A stretch of DNA of 64,000 nucleotides from the human T2T-CHM13v2.0 reference genome, Homo sapiens, in NCBI RefSeq assembly GCF_009914755.1, contig NC_060931.1; one strand, given 5' to 3'. Shown here one piece after another: positions 1-11,352 of this stretch. The notes below the pieces were generated by a model, which made no database searches, was not told where the DNA came from, and saw nothing but the letters and a program-made list of their open reading frames with translations. Position 1 is the first letter of the stretch; each line of letters begins with the position of its first letter. The position numbers were made by a program, and so were the translations under genes.

Positions 1-373
1 CCAGTTGCAGTGTAAACTGGGTCTATTTTCCTATTCAGAGTTGAACATCAATTTAGGTTTTTCAAACAAATCATTAGCTGAAAAGCTATCCTTAGAAATT
101 TGATTCCATGCCATGTTCCCACCATTTGTCATTTAGGGAAATGTCTCAAAGAATCAGTTAATATGATGAGTACCTTTTTTTTTTCCATAAAAGAAGACCT
201 AATCTAATCTTAAGTGTTGATGGTCTACAAGTTTTAGTTTAAATTAGATGCACAGATTTAGCAGTTGCTGCTCCACCTCACCTTCCTTTATAATTATTCA
301 ATATGAATAATTTATGCTGAATTTGGTAATATAGGATACTATTTCTGCAAAGGGAAGGACAGACTGACAGACG

Positions 374-434
374 ATAGAAAGGAAAGAAAGGAGGGAGGGA
401 GGGAGAGAAGAGGAAAGGAAAGAAAGAAAGAAGG
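374..434. repeat. GA-rich low-complexity / (GAAA)n-(GGGA)n simple repeat
   Basis: Almost pure purine run gaaaggaaagaaaggagggagggagggagagaagaggaaaggaaagaaagaaagaagg. Confidence 0.85.
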
Positions 435-1779
435 CTTCCTTTTAACCTACTTTATTTAGAATTTCATTTTCTTTCCTTTTCTTCCTGATTTTCCTTCATT
501 ATTGGAACATATTTGTAGGTTGGAAAAATACGTTCCCTTCCTAAGTCCCCCAAAGCTATAACATGGAAAAAAGAAACAAGTTAGTAAGGGGAGTGAAGAC
601 ATCTGTGTTCACCCCTTTCCAGCACAGACCACAACTGCTTACTCCATAACCAAGTTGTGGTAAACCTGCCCTACTTAATCTTATTCCTTTCTGGCCTCTT
701 CTTCCTTTGAGCCCTATCATGAGAGAACCATCCACCTCCTTTCAGCCACAAATGTCTAGGAGGTTCCATGTATTTGTGTTGTCCTCAGAAGTATTTTTTA
801 TATCTAAACTCTATATGTTTTCAAAACCTAATTATTATAATTTACGAGGGCATCATGCTTTCTCACAGAGGGTCTAAGTATATAATAGAAGAGATTGAGG
901 GGCATGAAATAAACTTTTCTAGCCTAATCTATGATTTATTTTAGCTATTACCAATGGCTTCAAGAGAATTGCTCACTCATTTTATGGGCTAGTAAGATTG
1001 AGAAACTCTATGTACTCGTTCTGTTTTGCTTTAGCACAAGAACATAACATATGTATTCTGTTGTTCCTGAGTCCCAAGCAGTACAATAGATACTAGATCA
1101 ACAGGGAAGAGGCCTTGTCCTGTGGAATTCATGGTTCTAGAGGAACAAAGAAAATGTTTACATAAGCAATAGACTATAATATATTTTGAAATTAAGTGAT
1201 GTGACATGCGGTATGATTAAAGTACTATAGGAGCAGTAAGAGGTAAAAGGCCTCATTTGGCCAAATGCCATCTACCTATTTTTCTACTGTAGCTATCCAA
1301 ATACATGCTTATATTGGCAGAGAGAATGCAGATGGAGAGCAGTCAGCTTTAGAGTGGGAAGAAAACTGGTGAATTGGAGACTTAGAGCCAGCATTTTGAG
1401 GAATGTCATTTGAGAAAAGCATAGCCTTCCATGCAGAGAATCTGAGGGAGATCCTGAATCACGTGCTGTACTTTGAAAATGTACACAAAGACTCTGCTCC
1501 ATGAAGCCAGCAACCAAGCCAAGGGGATGTTAAAACCAAGAATTCAAAGAAAGATGATTTTAAGAGTTACCACCAACTATTCACTCCAGACAGACTGGAG
1601 ATGGATGTCAAAAAGCACCCCCTATCTTTACCTCATGGAAAGCCTGCAGTCACTACCATGTGTTGTATATCTTTAGGATTTATCAACTTTGAAACCATGA
1701 GTGATTAAATATTAAATATGATATTTCAGGATCTATGCTAAGATGAACTAATTTCCAGATGGATTGCATAAATGACCAT

Positions 1780-1863
1780 AAAATTAATTGGTTAATTAAT
1801 TTTACTTAAAATTAATTGGTTAATTAATTTTACTTAAAATTAATTATATAAAATTAATTATAT
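1780..1863. repeat. Short tandem duplications (28 bp x2, then 14 bp x2), self-complementary unit
   Basis: aaaattaattggttaattaattttactt at 1780-1807 and 1808-1835; aaaattaattatat at 1836-1849 and 1850-1863. Confidence 0.95.
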
Positions 1864-3699
1864 AAGCTCTTAAAATATTATTGACAATATTTGAAGATCT
1901 CATATAAAGGTCTGTCCATTTAAACGTTTTCAAAGTCTGTGTCCTCTGGCCATAGATAATATTTGTAAAATCTCTTATACAATTGCCATTTTCATATGAA
2001 GAGCTCACATTTTCAGAAACGCTTAGCTTCTCATACTAAAATGTCTTTCATCTTTACTCTGAAAGAAAAATCCCCCCCCCCGAATTTTTCCTTGTTCTGT
2101 ATAGAAGTGATACACAATGTTTTGCTTTGATTATTAGAGAAGAAAATGGTAATATTTAAAAATAACCTAATTACCGTTAGAGCCTTGCTCGGACACAAAA
2201 ATTATAAGGGATATGCAGGCAGAAATAATATAATTTACTATATTATGAAATTTTTGTTTCCCTGTTAAATAAAATATATTTGACCTAATGAGCCCTCTTA
2301 CAGACATTTCTCCTGACTCCTCTTACCTTTGATTTCAAGTATGCACACTCTACCTTGGAGTTCTTCCTTTTCTTGAGCTGCCTAAGTGAACAAATTTCAA
2401 AGAAGAGAAGAGTCCTCCAGGGTAATCTTAGAGGATATCTACTTAAGTATGAAAAAGAGAATACGGAAACTCTAAGATGTTTCCTGTAATTATTAATAAA
2501 TAACTGAAAACTCAAGGATTGGCATAAAGACGCTCCTCGAGTCATAATATTATTGCATGAATATTGGGTATATTGTATAATGAAATGTATATTAAACAGT
2601 GTCTGTGGTGAGAAAGCATGTGTATATAACCACTCTGAGTTTTGTATATGTCTGTTTTTCTACAACATTACTTTCTGGGTACATATTAAAATTTGTCAGC
2701 AAAAACTGTATTTTAATTTCACAAGCATATTTGCCTTACAGCTTGTCATATTAAAGGGGGTCGTTACAGTGAAAACATTCATTTTTTTTAGAATACACTT
2801 AGGTACATTTAGAAAAGACATTTGGGTTTTTAATAATTCCCTGTGAAAGATGTTAAATATTAAGACCTACCTAAACACAGCAATCATGTATCAGAAGCTG
2901 ATAGTATATTTAAATATAATCAAAATACAAAATAGCTATTTTTCTAAAAAATGTGACTACCAAATTATCCGAGCACAATTTTCTGGGAGGCTCTCTACCC
3001 TCATTTTATAGTTAGGAGCATTAAGTGCCAAGAAAGACTGTAGGACTCCCGTGGCCACATAGCCAGTTAATGGGGGGGCGGCAGTAAAACATGGTTTAAT
3101 GGTTTTCTTTCTACAGCTACCCATCTCTAAATAAATGCTGAGGCTACCAGAAACTACTCATTTCAACATTTATCTTGTATATTAACATACTTAGGCATTT
3201 TACAATTTCCATGCAAAATTATTTTTAATAGTATTATAAGCAAAAAAACCCCAGGAAAACTAGGCTGAGGATATTATATAATTTATTAAGAAAATGTATA
3301 CATCGTGTAAACTAATTAAATATATTAGAATTTTTATACAATATCTGTTGAGTTTTAGGAGTCAATCTAACTTTGAAAATTTCAAGTCTTCTATATGAAC
3401 TTCTTGGAGCTGATTTTAGTTTTGGTGTCATTATTTCTCATAAAATCCAAGCAGATATGTAATCCTGATAAGTCTGAATAAATTTGAAAGTATAATGGTA
3501 ATTATGCATGCCATAGAAAAATTAGGGATCTATATCAAATTTTGGTTCCAGAAATAAAAGAATATTTTATGACTAATGCCAGTATTTCTAAGAGAGGGTC
3601 TGAGAATTCCACATTTAAAATAGGGTCAGAGACTTTATCAAAATTAGAAAGAAAAGAAAGCTGCTTTTCAATAGTCCTGTTTAAGAAAATGGAAAAGTA

Positions 3700-4640
3700 A
3701 CACAGCAACTGGAAAAAAAAATTTGTAATACATATATCTGACAAGACTTAACTAGGATATATAAAGAACTACTACAATGACAACAACAATAAACAGCTCA
3801 ATAAAAAATAATCAGAGGACTTGAAGAAAAGGTATAGGAATGACCAATAAGCATATCAGACATGCTCAGTAATATTAGTCAGTATACCAGGGAAATGCAA
3901 ATTAAAACACAATGCCAAAAAATGCAAATAAAAACCACTGAGCTTATTTTCTCAAAAAGCTAAAACACACCAAAAAAAAAAGACACTATGAAGTGTTGGT
4001 GAGGATGTAGAGAAACTGGAACTCTTATAAGTTTCTGCTGGGAACATAATATAGTACAATCACTTTGAAACAAAGGTTTGAGATTTTCTTACATAGTGAA
4101 ACATAAACCTACCATATGACTCACAAATTTCACTCTTTGGTTTTTACTTAAGATAAATGTTAACATATGTTCACACCAAATACACAGAAATTCACAGTAA
4201 CTTTATTTGTAATAGTTCCAACTGGGAACAACCTATATGTCTCTCAATGGGTGAATGGATAAATAATGGAATGCCAAATAGTAATAAAAAGAAAAACTAC
4301 TCTTATGAAGAACATCATAGATGAGTCTTAAAAATACTATGTTACATGAAAGAGTACATGCACAGAGTATATGCAAAGAATAGTACAAAAACATACATAC
4401 TCTATGATTTAATTTAGATAAGTTTCTAGAACAAATTAAACTGTATGCTAGAAACTAGAACTGTGATTACCTAGAGCTGAAAATAGGAGTGGGGTCACGA
4501 GAAAGAGGCACAAGAAAACTTCTTGGGTTGGTAGAAACATTCTATACCTTAACAAGGGTAAATCCATTTATCAAAACTCATTAATCTGTGCACTTATAAT
4601 CCCAGTATGTAAATTAAACCTCAATGTACTTCCCCCAAAA
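3700..4640 (+). mobile_element. Old LINE-1 3' fragment (L1MC/L1ME-type)
   Basis: Typical L1 3' motifs: catatatctgacaagac, gggaaatgcaaattaaaac, gtgttggtgaggatgtagagaaactggaactc, atgggtgaatggataaata; heavily decayed. Confidence 0.85.
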
Positions 4641-6479
4641 AAGGAACAGAAATACAATGTAAGAAAAAAAGGTAAAGTCAAAGGAACATTTTGAATATTT
4701 TTTTCTGTATGTGTTGATTAGGTTTTAGTAATGGCAAACGCACACTTTTGAAATCGTGACTTCTGTAACTTGTTTATTGATATTGATATGTAAAATCAAA
4801 TAGCATTTTTGACACCTAAAAGAGTAATTACAACTTTAATACAGATTTTAAGGTTGTGCTATGATTTATATGGATGTTAGATTTTTTATCTCCTACCTTC
4901 TACTTTTGTTTTTTATGTCTTCTCATTCTGCAGGAATTATATGAAATAAGAATGCTGAGAAAAACTAAATGACAATTTTTTTCTTCCCATTTAATGCCCT
5001 CATCTTTTCCTGTGATGTTAAGTACAAAGTATTTGATCATATTCCAGAATAAGATACATGGATTCCTTTCAACAGGGTACACATTTACTGAGGCAAATAA
5101 GCTAATAGCAAATTATAACCTCATAAGTGATGTGCTCACATTAAATAAAAGATGCTTTGTTGACGGAATGAATTTTAAAGCTGATGTCAGAAATTGTAGA
5201 GTCACCTGCAAAGCCATGTTGACTAGTAAGGGCTTTATTCTGAGATCGTTGGCAGACTGTTGATGGGTTGTAATTAGAATTTAAGATGATTTAGTGTGTA
5301 TTTAGAAATATCTCTGCTGTCAACTTGTTAAGAATGAATTGACTGAATCACTACTGCAAGCCAACAATGTGGTGTCCTGGGCAGTTCTCCAGGCATAGAT
5401 AACAATGGCATGTAGCTATGGTAGTGATAGATAGAGTAGGGAAAAAGAAAAAATAAATGATAAATAGTTTGGATGTGACTTGTGTATATCTGAAATACTT
5501 CATCTGGAAAACAAGGATTCTGATACTATGATAAAGGTGTCTTGGGAATGGGCTAACCAAGTATTACTCTATAGACTTAGTTTCTGAGAAAGTACATACT
5601 ACCCTTATTGATCTCATCCTCTTTAAAAAAAAAATTTAGTGTTAATAGAAATTTACATACCAAATTTCAGGGATTCGAACTTTTTTATAGGAGCAATACA
5701 TTCCCCAAACATGAGTGTTTTAGCTTAAGATTTTTATAGTCAATGATCCAATTTCACATTTTTATTTAATACTAAACTCAAAGCCTTGGTGGTTGCTTCT
5801 CTTAAGTTTTATGGGAAAAAAGCATGAATCATTGGAAATATTGCCTCCAAAAAAAGTAAAGTTCTGTTGCTTTACTGTACAAGAAAGACTTTTTAATGCA
5901 GTTTTCTCAGTATTTCTGGAAAACATCTCTTTAAATGCAGTTGTAATTTTACCTAAATGTTATGTTCTAGAAGTCCCACTATATTTTACAGTTTTGAGTA
6001 TTTCTTTTAAATGTGGTATTTCAGCTTTTTATTTTACTTCAATATTGTATTTTAATTTTTCCACATATTTTCAAGATCTATGAATCTGGGGATTTATAAT
6101 TTGTTCTTGAATAATAACTTAGGAAGGTTGCATACTTCTTATAACTCTAGAAATATTGTAAACTAAATAGAAATGGAGGGATATGATGCTTAGGATTTTT
6201 TTTTCTTTTGGTAGGAAATTCAGTGTTTTGTTTTAATTATTTCTTCACTAGATTCAAACCTGATTTATAAATAATATGTTTGACTCTCAAAGGGTCCCCT
6301 AATTATCTTTTTCTCAGTGTTTTAACCTAAACAACTCCTCTGTACCAGTACTTTAAAACTCAGATAAAATACTTACTGTTTTATAGAATATTTTTCAAAT
6401 TTGCATACCAATTATTTTTTATTATGTATAATTCATTTGTGTCTCATAAAATAAACTTATTTATTTACCTATTATTTTA

Positions 6480-7080
6480 TTTGCTAATTCAACACACTGC
6501 TGGAGCATCTACTATTTGTGAGGCACTGCAATAGGCACTAGCTACATACTGCTGAGTAAAGTAGTGCTTTTGCTTCCAGGCAGCTTATGCTCTTATCTAT
6601 CACATTTTACTAGAATTCTTTCCTTCTGTTAACAAATATTTATTGAGCGACTTCTATGCACTAGGCTGTTTTGGCACTTTGAATACTTACTGGAAAAAAC
6701 ATGAATATTTTGCCATCACAGGGCTCACATTCTAGCAGAAGGAGACAGTCAATAAACAATAAACAGAATAACACTATAAATTATACTGTGCTACATGGTG
6801 ATAAGTTCTATGGAATAAAGAAAATGTAGAACAGGTTAGGAGGACTTGAGTGTACCTGGTGATTGGGCAGGAAGAGAGGGCAGGATACTGTATTAAAGTG
6901 TAATCAGTGTGCTGGGATAACATTTGAACAGATACTTGAAAGATGTAAGAGAATTGGGAAGTAAATATCTGAGGAAGATCATCCCAGGCAGGGGGAATTA
7001 CCAGTGCAAAAGTCCTAATAAAGGAACATGTGGCATGTTAAGAGTTACAGCAAGGAAATCATATGCCTGGAAAACAGTAA
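6480..7080 (-). mobile_element. LINE-2 fragments
   Basis: aacaaatatttattgagcgacttctatgcactagg (~6631) is the reverse complement of the L2 3' end; a weaker second L2 end lies at ~6485. Confidence 0.75.
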
Positions 7081-7140
7081 GCAAGAAAAAGAGCCTGCCA
7101 GCAATGTAAAAAACTTATAGGTAAATATGTAACTGCTTCT

Positions 7141-7170
7141 CCTCTAGAATATTCTAGAAAATTCTAGAAT
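7141..7170. promoter_or_regulatory. Perfect heat shock element (HSF binding motif), 5 contiguous inverted nGAAn units
   Basis: aGAAt-aTTCt-aGAAa-aTTCt-aGAAt at 7146-7170, preceded by near-match cCTCt; the motif match is direct, function is untested. Confidence 0.6.
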
Positions 7171-7824
7171 ATATCAGGATGACTTGATAGCTGTTATCTC
7201 TATGCCTCATGTTCAGCAAAAGTTCTGTCTTACATTGTGTTCTGTGTTCTGTTTTCTCCTTTGTCCTAAATAGATGTGCATAACTAATCTCTTTAAAAAT
7301 AATATATTTGAATGAATTTCCAAATTTTCTCTGGTCCATAATAAAGTGAGGATATAAAGTCAGCATTCCAATAGTGTATACCTCCTGGGTAAATCAGAGA
7401 AAATCAGTAAGAAGGAAATTAAATCCGTATGATTAACTTTTAGTGTTGCTCTAAGGGCAAAATAGATGTTGAGCCTTAGGCTGATCCTGCTGTTTTTGGT
7501 GTTTTTTATTTGTTTGTTTGTTTGTTTGATTTTTCCCAGTTCCATGGATCTGTAGAGAGGCTTGCAAAGGACCAGCAGCTTTCAATTAGTTATAAAACAA
7601 GGCAGATAATTGCTTTTTAAGACCAATGTCTTTAGATCCTTGCTTTTAGCCTAAGCCAACAGAAAACAGATACAAAAGATATGATCTGGAAACCTAAGTA
7701 ACTTACTTCTTTTGTTGTGCTTGAGAGAAAATTTAAACTATTTGTGAGAATAAAATAATAATTGTAGACTTGATATTTCTAAAAAACAAAAAGAAAACCA
7801 AAACAACAACAACAACAACAAATA

Positions 7825-7921
7825 ACAGGGTCTTGCTCTGTTCCCTGTGCCGTAATGCCATGGTGAGATCTTGGCTCACTGCAACCTCTGTATCCTGGAC
7901 ACACTTATATCTCATACATAT

Positions 7922-7957
<36 letters not shown>

Positions 7958-8283
7958 ACATATATACTTATCTCTCTCTCTCTCTACATATATATGTATA
8001 TATATCTACATATATATATATCTACATATATATGTATATATATCTACATATATATATATCTACATATATATGTATATATATCTACATATATATATATCTC
8101 TACATAAATATATGTAGAGAGAGAGAGAGTGAGAGAGAGAGAGCGAGAGAGAGATAAAGATAAGAGAGAGATGGGGTCTAGCTATGTTCCTCAGGCTTGT
8201 CTTGAATTCCTGGCCTCAAGCAATCATCCTACCTTGGTCTCCCAATGTGCTGGGGTTACAGGTGTGAGCCACTTTGCCCAGCC
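7825..8283 (-). mobile_element. AluJ-like element interrupted by a compound microsatellite
   Basis: acagggtcttgctctg...ggctcactgcaacctc (right arm part, 7825-7900) and agagatggggtct...gtgagccactttgcccagcc (left arm, 8166-8283). Confidence 0.85.
7912..8170. repeat. Compound microsatellite (CA)n-(CT)n-[ctacatata..]n-(GA)n
   Basis: Directly visible dinucleotide runs with a ~38 bp higher-order unit repeated about 3 times. Confidence 0.95.
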
Positions 8284-9899
8284 AATATATTTATTACATT
8301 TTTATATAGTATCATTTTCCCTGTAGCTATCAGGAGACCTACTAGCAACAATGCTCATGGATCAAAGCTCTAAGTATATAACCTATTCCCTCTTACATTT
8401 AGTAAAGTAGAATAATACACTGGAGAAAATAAAACTGGTTTTCATTCCAAACTCTAAATCTGGCTCTGATTGCCATCAGTTTATGTTTAAGGGTTGACCA
8501 TGCCTGCTTTTAGTTGTGACTTCCTCATGAACTCTTCAACCTGACTTCTTCTTTTGTGGCATACTGCTATTGTTTTCTGAGTCCCTGGCATTTCCAGTGA
8601 GGGTCACTGTATTTATTCAGTGCCAATAACCGAGGAATCAATTATTACGTGTGGGGTAGGGTTGCTACTGTTTTTTTTGCAAATTAACTGACTGAAAATA
8701 GTGATAATGTGTTATTATGGTTAAGGTTAAGCAGCTGCTGATTACCTGTAGATGATACAACTGCAGACACACTATTTAAAAGGCCTATTTTGTTGAACTG
8801 ACTGATAAATGAGCAAAACATTTATGTGCATCATATATTAACACAAGCATGGAATTTTGAGTCAGGTAGAGCTCGTTTAATTTCTGTCTGATTCTTCTGT
8901 CTCTCCCCAGAATTAGCTTCACCCTAAGGTTGAGTCTCTGTATTGTTATAGACTGTCTGTCACTTATAATCCACAAGATACACAGCAAGTTACTTTACTT
9001 CTGTGAGGCTCGGTCAACTTATTGACACAGTTTGATAGTGTCCATTTGCCATTGCTTACAGGAGAGGTTGCTATTTGAAAGGCTTTTTCCCTATCTGAGA
9101 TCAAGTGTGATTATTTTCCTGCTATCCTGCGCCATTTGCAAATGATAATCTTTATTCCTTTTCACTATAAGCAAGTAATTATAAAAGATGATCATTAAGT
9201 CCTCTTGGTTTAGTCTTAACCAAAATAATATTGTTGCAAGAAGAATACTATCTGTTAAATGTAGTCAAGGTATTACTTGGAAGCTGTCGTGGCCTTCCTT
9301 GGATTTTCTATTTTATTGTATTATACATCCATTCACTGATCTATTCCTTGGGAATGCAACACTATAATGGGTTAGATACCTGGTCTTTACCAGGTGAGAA
9401 ATGTATGCTTCAATTCTCCTCAAAATAGTGACTTTGTGTACTTAGATAAATCCAATTTTATACCTATTGAAAAACTGGCTTGACATTGACACATTCAAAA
9501 TTGCCAGCAACTCTCATTAACGGGCTGTTTTCAATCCCTGATGCCATTGCTGATCCAATAACTAATGAGCAAATGATTTAAAATCTATGAATGTAAGTGT
9601 TAAAAGTGCATGTCTGGCATTGACTAGCAACAGGCTTTAGCAGACCAAGATATAGAAAAGGATACTAGTGATTTAGAAGTATGTGTAAATGTCAATTTGG
9701 CTTCCCCATTGTGTAGGAATATTCAGTAGCCTAAGAAGACGCTGGAAGAAAATGTTGTATTTCTGGAAGTAGGCACGATGCCTTAAAGCAAGCAGCAGGT
9801 TCCATTCCCTTGGACATAGTCATTTCATCAAGGACCTACGTGGTCCAATGAGGGTGATTCTAGGACTTCGTCCTTGGTATTCTGGGGGTTGTTATTCTT

Positions 9900-10130
9900 T
9901 CTATGAGAACCAAAGAAAAGAATATATAGCTCCAGTCACTATTGGAAGAGAGTCTTAACCAACACAAAAAACCAACATGAGGCAGAAATAAATACTGAGG
10001 AAAGCATAAAAAAGATTGGAATGGAAACTGAGTTCCTGATACTTTCTTGAGCCTCTGGATCAGACCAGCTTGAAACATACTAGACTTTGGAATTCCAGCT
10101 GGAAAATGTTTTTAAATTGCTTTGCAATAT
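9900..10130. mobile_element. Possible old MaLR LTR (MLT1J/K/L-like) fragment
   Basis: gagttcctgatactttcttgagcctctggatcagaccagcttgaa resembles the MLT1 motif gtcctggtgacatcgtttgagcccctggatccagcc. Confidence 0.45.
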
Positions 10131-11289
10131 CTGGATGCATTTACCGATGCAAGAAATGTACACCTCTGTGTGTGTATGTGCTTGTTCATGTGTGTGCATG
10201 TGCGCGTGTTGAGAGGGTGGAACTACGAAGGTGGAAGGGGCGTGCAGTTTAGATGCTTAAACAGACTTCTCATAAATCTATACTACCCATGGTTTAGGGG
10301 GAATCAATTTGGAAAAAGTATGGTGATTCATAGAAATCCCAAATGCTTCTCCTGGAAGTTTCCACATGAAGAGGTACAATGAATCCTAAGAATATTTTAC
10401 ATAATTTTCCAAATCACTGGAGTGATACTATTCACTCAATAGTCATTTAATTCTGATTAACCTATATGGCATCAATGATTATGGTCTTCATTGAAATGCT
10501 TATAAAAATAAGTGATTGCTTTGTGGCCCTTTGATTAGAGTCTGTTTTATCAACAAATTTCTTATCCCCAAAATGTAGAGACCATTGTTTAAAAATATTC
10601 ACCATTAGCTTCCTAAATCTTAGCGCGATGTATGGCATTTACTAAACTCAACATATGTTGAGTGTATTGGGATTGGAAAGGCATATATTGAAGTAGGAGA
10701 CAGTCAAATGATAAAAAAAAAAAAAAATGCCAAAAAGCAAGACTCAAGTGATAGCCACATATCTTAAAACCTGAGTGATTTTTGTTTAGTGATTATTACA
10801 AAAGCCAACATTGTAAGGGAATACATTTTAATTCATAATTAGGTACAATTTGGAGGTAGTAAATAAATCCAGTTAATGTATTTAAAAATTTTTAAGCACA
10901 CTTTTCATGAAGATTCTGGTTTTTTTATTTCATGTGTAAATCACTTCAAATATTGGATCCAGATGGTGCAGTCTCAAAGGTTTCATATTTACACACAGTC
11001 CAATATTCTTTTCCAAATCAAATGTGAAAGCAGCATTTCCTACAACCAGTCCTGAAACTGTGAGCAAAAATATGACAGTCCTCTAACACAGAGACTGCCA
11101 AGGCTTTTCTTGTTCCTTAGAAAATACACACGGCCTCTAATTCTGTGAATATTTTATCCATCTTGTGAAGGTTCTCTCTTTGTCTCTCCTTCCCTTACCC
11201 TCCCATCAGAAAGAGACAAAACTAGATAATGAGATAAAAGGGAAAAGTTTTCTCATACTAATTCATCATTCACTGCCCCCTTGCCCCAC

Positions 11290-11291
<2 letters not shown>

Positions 11292-11352
<61 letters not shown>
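11292..11352. repeat. (CA)23(GA)7 microsatellite
   Basis: Pure dinucleotide runs. Confidence 0.97.

Noticed and set aside
7733-8117. Overlapping HT/YI/CV-rich ORFs (also at 30469-30806, 48677-48912, 61689-61970)
   Set aside because: Artefacts of stop-free dinucleotide repeats
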